Assembly (NCBI RefSeq): GCF_001194135.2
Contig: NC_068981.1
Span: 149,253,042-149,305,828, forward strand
Reading direction: 5' to 3'
Length of the DNA stretch: 52,787 nucleotides
Source: Octopus bimaculoides
Taxonomy: Eukaryota
In this document: positions 25,841 through 38,750 of the stretch, in pieces
Numbering within the stretch: the first letter of the stretch is position 1
Layout of the letters: each line of letters opens with the position of its first letter
Notes under the pieces: generated by a model
What the model was told of the DNA's origin: nothing
The model's input: the letters and a program-made list of their open reading frames with translations, nothing else
Database searches by the model: none
Position numbers and translations under genes: made by a program

Positions 25841-26225
25841 TAAAAATAATAATAATAATAATAATAATAACAACGATAATCCTCAGGCAAAATCAGCGCG
25901 GCTCAGAGAACTGAAAAAATGCTGGACCTTAAATTAGTGTCAGGATTTCTACATAGTTTCTATCAATGTAATTTCACTACAAGCCTGGTCGACCTTAGTT
26001 AATGATAGAGAGTACTTGCTGGAGACGCCGCGCAGTAAAATAGAATCTGGTGTGTCATGATAGCGAAGCAAATTATTCAACTATTCTACTATGTACCCAT
26101 GTTACTACACATCTACAATGATACAAACACGTAATAGGAGAGTTAATGGACTTACATGTATACAAATTAAAGAAAAGTACTCAAAACTAATTTCTAGAGC
26201 ATAGATATGTATCATTGTGTGTGTA

Positions 26226-26284
<59 letters not shown>

Positions 26285-26319
26285 CTACACACATATAAAT
26301 GCATGTATATATGCATGTA

Positions 26320-26397
<78 letters not shown>

Positions 26398-26767
26398 CAT
26401 GAAGAAAATGAACTAAGAGTTATGTATTTAAACAACAAAGACAAACAGGCTATATGTAATACTAGCTAATACATATTGTTGATTTATTCAAACTATTCCA
26501 ACTTTTAAAGAAGGTAAAATAATCGCTTTTGGCAACTAGACCCACTCCAAATGAAAAAAAGGGAGATAATATTAAGATTCAGAAATTCTCTAATATTTAC
26601 ATAATATTAAAGAAAATTCAATATCATAATCTGCAGACAAGAGGATTAGACACGTGTTTCTGCTCGAATAGGCGTCATCAGTACAGCAGTAGGTTTACTT
26701 GGTCTGCAGCAGATGGGATATATAGACATATAAATGGAATAGTATGACGACAGCATTTTAGATGTAA

Positions 26768-26794
<27 letters not shown>

Positions 26795-26798
<4 letters not shown>

Positions 26799-27030
26799 TG
26801 AAAAGAAAGTCGTCAGAATTTTGGAATAACTTCTTTCATTTATTTTATACATATATTAGCGCTCTCGTTCGTCTTTCGAACTTGTCAAATATAATTCTGT
26901 GAAAATACAGAGATCTCTGTATTTTCACATTTATATTTGACAAGTTCGAAAGACGAACGAAAGCGCTAATATATGTATAAAATAAATGAAAGAAGTTATT
27001 CCAAAATTTTGACGACTTTTTTTTCAATAT
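26795..27030. repeat. Near-perfect spacerless palindrome, 119/117-bp arms
   Basis: Centre AGATCT at 26911-26916. The arms differ by a few substitutions and one 2-nt indel. Ends read TA|TTGAAA...TTTCAA|TA. Confidence 0.95.
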
Positions 27031-27055
27031 TTACTTCTGTACATCACACCTAACA

Positions 27056-27135
<80 letters not shown>

Positions 27136-28971
27136 GTATGTATGTGTTAGTGTATATACAAACGTACACATATATAAGACAGAAGGGTTGGATGAAAAAA
27201 TGTAACGTAACTCACGGTATTGGTATAATTCAGAGTAAAGAATGAAACAGCTGTAATCTCTACGGAAATATCAAAGTTCTTTGCCGCTCATACTTCGTCA
27301 TTTTGCTTACACGCACGCTCCCCCCCCCACACACATACACATATACACATATACACATATATATATATTAGTTGTATACATGCACATATACATATGTATA
27401 TGCATACTTATATGTGAGTCTATGTATGCTGTGTTTTTGTGTGTGCGCATGTTTGCGATTACTTACATTGTCTTTTTACCAGTCTTCGTGCAGGAACATA
27501 GTTGATGCAAAGCAGAAGTCCCACAAGAATGAATGTTTGCTGGAGCAAACCCATCTTTGGACTGGAAGGAAAAGCAAATAATATTTCAATAAATTACAAG
27601 AAGAAAGCGCAACAGAAGTGATAGCAACAGAGTATCAATTCCAATAAATAATTGTATTTCAAGATCTTAAAATATCGATTATATTACTACTTCTTACATA
27701 TAAAATTGTATTAAATGAGGTTGGGGAATTTAATTATACAATAAATAATACAAATATTCTTCTGACGGTGGTCAGATCGTACAACAATTAGGATTTAGTT
27801 GAAAGCGAAAAAGGCAATGGTGATGGTAATGATAGTTGTGGTGATGATGATACTGTTGGTGATGTCATGGATAATTATGACGGTGTCTAACATACATACG
27901 AGACCACTGGTTTGGAGAGAGAAAAACTGCCGATTATAAAGCACCCGCTGTTTTTGTTTTTTCTTACCCTCTCAAGGATGCAATCTAATGTTGGCCTTAA
28001 GAGAATTTGAATTCAGAATGCAAAAGGACGCAACTAAAAGCGTTTTGTTCATCGTTTTATCGATTTTTCTATTAATGCTTTCCTCGAGGGTGATGCTAAT
28101 GTCAAAGATATAAAGGAGATAAATAATTCATAATGTTTACGCCTTTCTTTCACAGCATGTGTATAGAGTAACAGCTTTAATTTGGGAAACGAAACAGAGT
28201 TGCTCACGAAGCTCAATATAGTCAACTTCTACTCTAAAACTCTTACTTGCTTATGAAATATTCCCGAGTTCTATTGTTTTTTTTTCTTTTCATATTCAAT
28301 ACTAAATCAGTTATTCTTAATAATAACAGGCAGGGAGCAATCTGTTCAGTAGAATCTGGTATATTTCGGTTATTTATTTTTCAAGTCACGCTGGAACGAG
28401 AGGTCACAGTAATTACTGAAAGAATACAGTACGAATTATGGTAAAGCCAGAATAATCCCAGTATAGATATATCTCGTATTGTACTATCTATTGAGTGACG
28501 AAGCAGAAGCGCTCTTGAGCGATTTTGTAATCGTTTCCTCTCTATATATTCTATATCGCAGGAAATATTTGTCCGGTACCAATAACTTCGTGCTGTTGTG
28601 GTTTAACCTCCAGTCGGTCGCCCCAACTGAGTAAAGCTTTGATAAAATGTTTTCTATCGAGGCAATGCAGTCTTGCTTTCCTAGATATCGTGTGCACCGA
28701 ACTATTTTGTCGAATGTGCCCTTTCCTTGATCATTTCGTAGACCGAAAAACAGTTCCTGAGGAAGCATTTGACGGCATTTCCAAGATCTTCCCTCGTTGA
28801 CTCAACTGTGTAGCTCTTATTGTTTAAAACTACATCAGTCGTGATCGAGTAGAAGACAGTCCAGCCGTGACCATCCTATCTTTTTCAGTAGACTGTAGGA
28901 TGTAATTCGAGTGAGATGTGGCTGCTGTTTCTAGTAGATCAAATGACCAATATGAGATTCTCACATCTCCT

Positions 28972-29018
<47 letters not shown>

Positions 29019-30123
29019 GCGTGTGTGTGCATGTATGTACATGTAAGTATGCAAGTTTCAGTAAGTGGCTGTCGTTTTGTTTCGCATCCAGAATTTTTTT
29101 TGTTAAAACTAAAAATAATTTGTGATACATACCTTTTAGTGTGGTCCACTCGAATGCTTGGATTGGTGGCAAAATTTCTTTATTATATAGGCTTAGTGCC
29201 ACGTGACCTGCTGGAGAAAAATATGTGAAAAGCGAGAAGAGCGAGAAAAGAAGAAAATATGGAAACAAGNNNNNNNNNNNNNNNNNNNNNNNNNNNNNNN
29301 NNNNNNNNNNNNNNNNNNNNNNNNNNNNNNNNNNNNNNNNNNNNNNNNNNNNNNNNNNNNNNNNNNNNNNNNNNNNNNNNNNNNNNNNNNNNNNNNNNNN
29401 NNNNNNNNNNNNNNNNNNNNNNNNNNNNNNNNNNNNNNNNNNNNNNNNNNNNNNNNNNNNNNNNNNNNNNNNNNNNNNNGAGAGAGAGATAAAAAAGTGA
29501 TTAAATAAGGGTAGATAACAAAATTATAGAAAAAAAAAATACTGTTAAGCTTGTGGTGCAGTGCGAGGGAAAAAGATACACCCCCAAAATAAAATAAAAT
29601 ATTAAAAAAAAAAAAACACAAATAATTCTTTGTGTAATTTGAAACTACAAAAGGTTTTCCTTTGGAGCAATGATACCAACCATCTCTGCCACCACTCTTC
29701 TAAGATCTCTGTTCCACTTCTCCCCTACCCCCGGTGCTTCAAGAATGTATCTAATAGACGAGAAACAAATGTTGCCATTAGCTAATTAACTCCCAAATGA
29801 AGGTCTTGTTTGTTCAGCGTCGACTAGAAAATGCACTGATTGTTTGCTGTACGGCTAATCCAATTTCTTAGCGTCCTGTCGTCAAAAATCCGGTTGGGAA
29901 GCCACTGACCAGACTAAGCAACACCCGTACCACAGTTAAGGTATTCGCCAGGTGCGTCCATCCCCAAGCTGACAGTTGCTGGTCTTTTACGTTGACATTA
30001 CATACCGTTTTAATCCTGAAGATATTACGTTACACGATGATGTTATTTGATTAGACACCGACATAAAATACTTTTATCGCACTAATCATTTGGTTTGAAG
30101 TGTCATATACAGGAGAAATGAGC

Positions 30124-30154
<31 letters not shown>

Positions 30155-30308
30155 CATACATACGTACACATATATGTGTGTGTGTGTATGTACGTGCGTG
30201 TATACATACGTGTGTGTGTGTATGTACGTACATGAATATATACAAGCCTACACACACATATGTATAAATATAATTATACATATCCACAGAAGCACACACA
30301 AACGGAGT

Positions 30309-30309
<1 letters not shown>

Positions 30310-30403
<94 letters not shown>
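30310..30403. repeat. (CA)n microsatellite, one of many (also about 5352, 21224, 24776, 27060, 28975, 43250, 51085)
   Basis: Direct reading. Confidence 0.97.
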
Positions 30404-30406
<3 letters not shown>

Positions 30407-30840
30407 ATTTGTATGTTTGTATATTTATGTAAGTGTGTATATATAACTGCCCAAAGCATGAATATTAACTAGAGAATGCTGAATAATGCAATATTTTGTC
30501 TACTAATTTACAAATTTCGCCCTAAAATCCAATAGGTGTTGTTTAAAATGTAAATTCAACAGACAGCATTAACGGAATCACATGTTCAATTTACATGAAC
30601 TTGATGATCAACACTGATTAGTCTCATTAATTATCTTTTAACTTTTTTTTAGTGATTTGATTGTGGCCATGCTGGGGCACCGCCTTGAAGGATTTTAGTC
30701 GAACAAATCGACCTCAGGACTTTTTAAAGCCTAGTACTTATTTTATTGTTGAACCGCTAAGTTACAGGAACACAATCACACCAGCACACACATACACATA
30801 CACACACACACACACATACACACACACACACAAAAACACA

Positions 30841-30876
<36 letters not shown>

Positions 30877-31929
30877 GACACACACACACACACACACAAG
30901 ACACTCACACGTGTATTTTGTTTTAGATGATATGATGTTGCTTGAGAGAGATTTGGTTGCTACTTTTAGCTAGTTCAACGATAATGGAGTGCTATCCTCA
31001 TTTATTTTAAATACTTATTGACATACGATCGTGTCTGTTTCTGCGCAGAAAGCTCGGTTCAATTCGCCTATCCTCCGCCTCTTGAGTGCTTCTTTAAAGC
31101 ACTCTAATCTGTCACCCGGTTAAATAGGTACGGTTTGTTGCAAGCATGTGAACTAGGCCCCCAATCTAAGGGTGACGCTCTTCTTCCCGCTCATCAGTTT
31201 TGAAATCCTTGATTGGAAGCCACCTTTTCTCCTTCAGCTTGATATATACCCTTTGTTGTACATCAATATTTTGTTATAACTTAATCATAGGAAGAAGAGC
31301 ATCGTCCATGATGCTTTCGTGGGGTTTATGTGATTAGTTTGGAAAGGTATTGGACCACGACTCATGGTTTATGCTAAATCCAAAGACCTGGTCGAAATCC
31401 TTTCAGCAGAGTGGACACCATTAAAGGCCTCAAATGCCTAGGAAGTAGTGTTGATCCATGTCATATATTAAGTCTAGCACCTATCATGTACAGTCCATTT
31501 CTGAGGCGTCCACACAGGTTTTGCCTTTCTACTTGAACTTATAAGTCTTGGGTAGTTCCGATGTTATGGTAGAAGACACTTGCTGGAAACGTCTCACATT
31601 TGGATCAGACATGGAACAACAGATCTGCAGAGTGAACTCCTTAACTGCTCGGCCCTACTCGATTCGATACTGAGTAGAGAGAGAAAGTTTGTTTAATTCT
31701 ATCTTATCATGTCACATGCGTCCAAACAAATGTCTTTTCATACCTAATTATCCTCTCCTAAGTATGAGGTAAATCGGAGTTGTTCATATTCACATTTTGT
31801 GAGGCAAAAAAAAAAAAAAAGACTGGGGGTTGCACATTAGGCATAATTAAGAATACCTAATACGATACCAGTTTTATAATTGGTTTTAGTTTAGACAAGA
31901 CCTGCTCTTTTGAGTTGAGGAGGATTAGT

Positions 31930-32080
31930 TGTGATGACACCAGTACTTAACTGGTATTGACCCAGAAGGATGAACAGCAAAATTGGCCTCAGTAAGATTT
32001 GAACTCAGCCAGTAAAATATCTGAAGAAATACCGCCAGGAATTTTGACCTACTCTAACGATTCTGCTAGCTCACTGCCAG
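31930..32080 (-). mobile_element. Degenerate SINE copy
   Basis: CCAGTACTTAACTGGT...GAAGGATGAA...GATTTGAACTCAG...GAAATACCGC. Confidence 0.65.
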
Positions 32081-32933
32081 TTTAACAACGCCGGACAATG
32101 TCCTTGTTGCTCTTGTTAGCATTTCAGCCTTGACATTCCAGACTTTCTAGGACTTTAATCTTCAATACATTTTTCTTTTTTAAGGTTTAATGAGGGAGTT
32201 TTGACAGCTATTTCGAATCGGTCAAACCTTCTGGTTGAAACTCCCGCATTGACTGGTGAAATATCGTTGTACAATATTGAATTTTGGTGTATACTGTAAT
32301 GTATTTTTCACAGCGTGAATATAATGAAATGTTTTTCGTCTCTTTGAAGAAATAAAAAAAATTTTTAATAATGTTTGTCTTCATGTCTCCTCTCTACCCT
32401 GAAACGCACTGAACACGAAATATTGCCTCGAATGATTGCCAAAAACCGTTAAGCTGCCAAAATAATGAATTAGATGCCGCTTCACTCACCGTCTCAAATA
32501 ACTTTGCCCCGATGGCGTTGATAAAAATAGCTTTCTTCAATTTACAGGCGGAACCATGTTTTGTTTTTTACTCCATCATCACCGTTTCAAAGATATCTTC
32601 AGTACACACTCGTACTTGTGCCTGCTTTAACAAGTCTACATCGCAACATTCGATGGACGGATCGTAATTTCTAAGATGTAACTGTTAGCGAAAATATCGG
32701 TGACATTCGCATCAGAGGGGCATGTCAATCGGTAGCATACAAAAATGGCCATCGTATCCCGGGTTCTACTATCGCTACAGTCAAATCTGGTGAGTCAAAA
32801 TTAACAAATATAACACCAGAAGTGAGGGATCGTTTGATTACATTATTTATTTCCATTTAGCTGGGCCATGTCACGGTACGAAGAAGTACGAGATTTCTTC
32901 TGCACCGATCTCTTTACCATAGCCACTCTTTAA

Positions 32934-33155
32934 CCCTTTAGCATTTAAACAGGCCCTATCTAGCCCAATTATTCAACCTGTTTTATATATTCAAACTGCC
33001 AAGATGTGACCCTGTGTACCTATCTTGCAATGTCATTCTAAAAATATACAATCACATCATTAAAATCTCAAAGCTATGAGTTAATGCATGACTGATTCAA
33101 GACATTGCGAATAAATTAGAATTAAATTTGACAGAGTAATCTGAACGCTAAATGG
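32934..33155. mobile_element. piggyBac-like MITE
   Basis: TTAA|CCCTTTAGCATT left end; degenerate right end CTGAACGCTAAATGG. Confidence 0.7.
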
Positions 33156-33544
33156 CAAATATTCGCTAAAAGTCAGAAGCCACATTAACTCGATAGACCT
33201 TGTGGTCCAGCTTAATACCACTCGAAGAAGCCGGAAGCAAATTGAGCTTGGTACTGCCCGTGGCTCACATTTGACAGATATTGTACATCGTCAACCACAC
33301 ACAGCACGTGACTTTCAGCAACTATCTCATTCCAATTTAATTACTTCTTTTTTCGATGCTTGAATAATTAAGATACCAAATCGAGTCCTCTGTTTATCTA
33401 AGACAAGTAGCATACTATTTACAAATGAAGAGGTTCCTGAGGTAATGGAAATGATACGTCCAGCAAATGTTACCATGGCATCTAATGCTGAGCTATATGA
33501 TAGGAGTGCAAGGCCAGGACCATCTTCATATTCGCTATCGGAAC

Positions 33545-34328
33545 TAATCCCATTAAACTTCGATTCATCGCTAAAATGAATCTGCCACCACTGTTCTTCT
33601 GTCCAAACGACATATTCGTGAGCGAAATGAAGACGGGCTCTTTGATTCTTCTTGGAGATCAGAAGTTTCTTTGCCAGCGCTCGTGCAAGCAACCCAGAAC
33701 CTCATAACCTCCGAGAAACTGTTTTGCGCGATACGTTGACATCGGAAGTGGGGCCAAACTCGCAAGATATCTCAGCAGCACTCTTAAACCTATCCTTCAG
33801 TGACATTCTAACCATAATACGATTCTGTCTTGGTGAAGTTTTATGAGGACTACCGGTTTTTTGGTTTAGCATCTGTCGATTCTGATGACTTAAAACGAGC
33901 TACAATTCGTTGCACAACACTTCGCTATCACAGAATTTGACTTGCCCTCTTGGTGAAAGCACACAATCCTTTGTTTTTCATCACAGGACACCGGTCGTCT
34001 CTCACTAGCCGCCGTGTTGACATTGAATGTTCCAATAAGGTATGATCGTAATAAATAACTGTTAGCCCATTAACAGTCTTCTAAACAACAAATACCTCGG
34101 TTAGTAATTCATTTCTTCTGCGTGACCCTTAACTGCAATTTGGAAGATTGTTTATTTCCTCATAACTTACAAAATATTTATTCCATTCACTTGAAGTTTT
34201 CACAAATGATAGATATTAGATGTACCTAAATATGTGTAAAATATCTAGTCTCAACGTTTTGTTAATCTTCTGTAATAACTATTTCAATACACTTGTTCTT
34301 CCTGTTCCTTATATTATCGCGGCTACTG
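33545..34328 (-). mobile_element. 5' half of a Tc1-family transposon
   Basis: TA|CAGTAGCCGCGATAATATAAG terminus. HTH-like DEKQRIV..H and G.P.KTS..Q.R, then LISKKNQRARLHFAHEYVVWTEEQWWQIHFSDESKFN (first DDE Asp). Truncated after that. Confidence 0.88.
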
Positions 34329-34422
34329 TAGATACCACGAAGCGAAGCAGTTCTTCAACATGACATGAGATATACGTTCAAGTATTTCAGTTGCTCAGTC
34401 ATTCGTGTGATTGTTGTACCAT

Positions 34423-34487
<65 letters not shown>

Positions 34488-34991
34488 NNNNNNNNNNNNN
34501 NNNNNNNNNNNNNNNNNNNNNNNNNNNNNNNNNNNNNNNNNNNNNNNNNNNNNNNNNNNNNNNNNNNNNNNNNNNNNNNNNNNNNNNNNNNNNNNNNNNN
34601 NNNNNNNNNNNNNNNNNNNNNNNNNNNNNNNNNNNNNNNNNNNNNNNNNNNNNNNNNNNNNNNNNNNNNNNNNNNNNNNNNNNNNNNNNNNNNNNNNNNN
34701 NNNNNNNNNNNNNNNNNNNNNNNNNNNNNNNNNNNNNNNNNNNNNNNNNNNNNNNNNNNNNNNNNNNNNNNNNNNNNNNNNNNNNNNNNNNNNNNNNNNN
34801 NNNNNNNNNNNNNNNNNNNNNNNNNNNNNNNNNNNNNNNNNNNNNNNNNNNNNNNNNNNNNNNNNNNNNNNNNNNNNNNNNNNNNNNNNNNNNNNNNNNN
34901 NNNNNNNNNNNNNNNNNNNNNNNNNNNNNNNNNNNNNNNNNNNNNNNNNNNNNNNNNNNNNNNNNNNNNNNNNNNNNNNNNNNNNNNNNNN

Positions 34992-35058
<67 letters not shown>

Positions 35059-35099
35059 TTCTACGTGTATATGCAGTTGTATATACATTTTCATGTGTG

Positions 35100-35212
35100 A
35101 GGGCGCATGGGCTAGTGGTTAAGATATTGCACTCTCAGTCGCGATATCGTGATTTCAATTCTTAGACCGGGTGGTGCGTTGTGTTCTGAAGCAAAACACT
35201 TCATCTCACGTC
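35100..35212 (+). mobile_element. tRNA-derived SINE head; related copy at about 19600-19715
   Basis: GGCGCATGGGCTAGTGGTTAAG...GATTTCAATTC...GGTGCGTTGTGTTCTGAAGCAAAACACTT; no intact cloverleaf. Confidence 0.65.
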
Positions 35213-35374
35213 ATCCATGAAAGATTACCGATTCAATATTGAGTTCGAAATAACAACGCACTGGAGAAAACAACACACTGATGACGCATAAATATATACA
35301 AAACAATTCATCACTCATGGAGAATAGTTTTATGAATTAATTGAAAACGAATGAAACAAACATTGATAACTTCC

Positions 35375-35380
35375 TTTATT
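35375..35380 (-). promoter_or_regulatory. Candidate AATAAA polyadenylation signal of Tbh
   Basis: AATAAA on the minus strand about 190 nt after the stop. The background is AT-rich, so this is weak evidence alone. Confidence 0.4.
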
Positions 35381-35570
35381 TAAATAAATACAACACAGTC
35401 ATCACTGCAAGCAGCAAGCAATATTATTTTAGCATAAATATGAACTCATCTACTAAGGCTGTTTGGATTATTGTGCTAATAGGTGGTCTGGAGGCAAAAG
35501 GTGCTAGTGTTTTGTTCTAAAGAGAAGACTTTTGCTACTGGCCTGGATATCATAACGTTAAGTATAGATA

Positions 35571-35681
35571 TTATGCAATTACATTGTCTTTCTCCGGATT
35601 ATTAAGAGTACAGTCGCAGTCACGTTCGGGTGGTTTCAATGGCAGTGTAATCTCTGTTTGTGGCATTCCTTCCCAGTTACC
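35571..35681 (-). CDS. Tbh: Tbh/DBH terminal coding exon, 111 nt: GNWEGMPQTEITLPLKPPERDCDCTLNNPEKDNVIA*
   Basis: Acceptor CTCTTCTCTATGTTTTAG, phase 0. G.W...P..I..L..P...C matches the DBH tail (GEWNLQPLPKVISTLEEPTPQC). TAA at 35571-35573. Confidence 0.9.
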   Translation of the reverse strand, partial: GNWEGMPQTEITLPLKPPERDCDCTLNNPEKDNVIA

Positions 35682-35798
35682 CTAAAACATAGAGAAGAGG
35701 CAGAAAAAGAACGACAATTAATGAACCATTTCTTAAATGAAAATATTGAGTTAGTACAAGGCCGGTAAGTTTTCATTGCTGTTATTAGTGGAAAGCAG

Positions 35799-35991
35799 GA
35801 GGTGGTGAGCTAGGAGAACCGTAAGCATGCCGGACAAAATGCTTTGCGGCATTTCGTCCGTCTTTACGCTCTGAGTTCAAATTCCGCCGAGGTTGATTGT
35901 ACGTTTCTTCCTTTCGAAGTCGATAAAATAAGTACCTGTTAAACTCTGAGGTCAATGGAAATTTCTGGCCTTGCGCCAAAATTTGAAACCA
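35799..35991 (+). mobile_element. SINE (abundant GGCGAGCTGGCAGAA family) with 17-bp TSD
   Basis: TTATTAGTGGAAAGCAG at 35782-35798 and 35992-36008 flanks the copy. Confidence 0.88.
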
Positions 35992-36639
35992 TTATTAGTG
36001 GAAAGCAGATAAAAACACAGATATTTTTGACTTCGTTGTCATTGACTGCCATCAGTTTTATTAGCCTTTCTTTGTTGAGAGAAAAGAACGAAACTAGACT
36101 TTCCATTCCCCATGGCAATAAAATTTTTTGATATCCTACAATATTTCTTCCGGATTAATTGTTCCTGAAGATCCTCATTCGTTTATTCGAGTTTCGTGCT
36201 TTACTCTGGGTTGTGTTCTAATTCTTGGAATGATGAATTACAAAGGTCCATAAAAGATTAACTCATACCACATGCTTACTTCTCACGATCACTAGAATGA
36301 TTAAACTATTCTACCAGCATTTTGCTACCCCTTAATTTCGAATCAAGAGTAAGCATATAAGTGCGCACTAGCTTAGCTGTATGAACTCCATCAGGCCACA
36401 TTCTACTGTCTTGAAGAATGAGATATTGTTATGTAATATACAATAAATAATGCACAATACAATGACAGGATGATCACTGCCTAAATAACGTTCATTATAG
36501 ATTTATTAAGTTAATACAGACCTGGGACTACATAGTATAGCATCAATGTATAGATAAACAATAACACCAATACATACACAGGCAGACACATGTATACAAC
36601 AATTAACATGAAAAGTCAGTAGTACACAGAGATGAAAAA

Positions 36640-37260
36640 CTCTTAGCAGTCGCTCTAACTGCTAGAAATATCAGCCAAATCTCCCTTAAATCACGAATGA
36701 CACAATAGAGAATGTAGACGCTGATATAAAAAAAAATGCAGGTCTGTCACAGCTTGAAAAATAGGGGACAAAGCTCTTTCAAATAATACCCCACTCCTTA
36801 AAAACGGAAGAATACATTAAATGTAGTCACAGATGTACATGAAGAAGGTTGGTTACAAACTGGAGACTTTCATGTCTGTTCAAGTTAGAAATATCAGTCA
36901 ATTCTCATTAAAAATCATTCATTCTACCATTCTAAAGAGGAAGGACATAGTGTAGTCTCTTATATACAAAAAGACATGAGGTCAAGGCTAACTTGCGATT
37001 ACCATCAGGCTAATCATAATTCAGCGGAGGCGTGTCTCTCCATAGTAGCTAGACCTACTAATAATAGCAGTCAAATGACCTTCAAATCACATAAAGTAAC
37101 ATCAATATAAAGACATTGATTAATGCACGCATGCGTACGCATACACACAGAAACTTGCATGTACACGTACTAGAAGAAACGGATGTCAGCTCTGAGAGGG
37201 TGCTCAAACTGTCAGAAATAGCAAGAAAATCTCCCACGAATTACTCGCCATAACAGTCGG
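36640..37260 (+). repeat. Array of degenerate CTGCTAGAAATAGCAGCCAAAT interspersed repeats; also about 12570, 28920 (-), 40695 and 51478
   Basis: The motif recurs several times here and elsewhere in the window. Confidence 0.65.
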
Positions 37261-37549
37261 AGTGTGTACTGGTCACTTTAGTGTCTGATATACAAAAAGA
37301 CAGTATAGTTATTATGGTTGGAAAGCCTTCCATCACGTGCCTGCTTGCCGCCTCCTAAATTAGGGCTAAACATAATGATAACAATAACTATAGTATTTCG
37401 TCATATCTTATCCAAATCATTTAATGCTGTTTACTACGCACGCATGTACGCTCTGCTATACAAAAATCCAGGCATGTCACGGCGAGGGTGTCTTTTATCA
37501 ATGTCTGCTCGATTAATGCTAACCCGAGGTTAAAAAGACAAAACAAAGT

Positions 37550-37583
<34 letters not shown>

Positions 37584-37843
37584 TCAACTATAGTATATCG
37601 TATACATCTTATCTTAAAATAATGTATTTACGAAATCCCATGGGAACATTTATTGCGTTCGTAATGTTTGTATTCGTTCCATTAGCAGCAGCAGACCATT
37701 TTCGTTATGGTAGCCATGTATACCACCCCTCACTGAAATCACACCCTACTCTCTCATATGTGTATACATATAGATGTTGAGTATGTATGTATGTATGTAT
37801 GTATGTATGTATGTATGTATGTATGTGTGAATGTATGTATGTT

Positions 37844-38061
37844 CGACGGGGTGCTGAAACGTTCCTGGCTTTGGACAAAAGAAAATACAGGAGGATCAGT
37901 TAATTATGATTTTATCCACCATATTCCCCTCTCAGGTTCACACACTTATTGCAGTGGTCCTTCAGTTTTTCTATGTCCTGAAAAAGAACTCGGAAGGTTG
38001 GGCCTCCAGCCAGGCCTTTTGCGAGACCCTTAAAGCGAGGAACTTTTCGGCATCCCCCTCG
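37844..38061. mobile_element. mariner-type MITE
   Basis: About 29-bp TIRs CGACGGGGTGCTGAAACGTTCCTGGCTTT / AAAGCGAGGAACTTTTCGGCATCCCCCTCG, followed by TA. Confidence 0.85.
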
Positions 38062-38750
38062 TATGTCATTTGTACTGAGATACTAGCTAAAACTATTAAA
38101 ATCCGATTTACCGTCCCCTGTAACTCTAGATTAGAAGAAAATGAAGTAAGGGGGAGGAGTTTCTATGTGTTCTCCCGATCTGTTAGAAATTAAGACAAAA
38201 TCTACTTCAAATCATTTGATATAGTCTTAAAACGGAGAAGAATGCACTGTAACCGGCTTCCGAATATCAAAATACACATTTGGAGAGCGAGAGAGTAGTT
38301 AGCTAAGCGTTTGGTGAGGATAGGTGTAGCTCAGAGAGCATTGTTTGAGATAAGTGGAAGAGATATCCCATCGGATAAGCTAACGGCAGAGTTTATGGAT
38401 GCTAGTTGATAACATCAACTACCAAATTCTTCGAAAAGTCATTCAGTAACATCAATATATAACCAAACAGTAACACCTATATACACACATTGAGCAACTC
38501 ACACATATGAAGGCACAGAGGGTATATGTGAGACACCATTCTGTCATTATATGATTCTCTGAGGCAAATAAAAGTACAGAAACACTTATATGCCAATGTG
38601 TGAGTATCTAAAGTAAGGATGAGATATGGTAGACAGCACCATTGTGTACATATCAGAGTGAAAAGCAGATGCGGTAAACAACAGCATAACATTGTGTATC
38701 AGTGTAAAAGAGGAGATTAGTTGCTGTAGAAAAAGAGGAAATGAATTAAA

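Noticed and set aside
28440-28800. 94-aa minus-strand ORF as a possible exon or promoter region
   Set aside because: No motif, no phase-compatible signal peptide and no other support.
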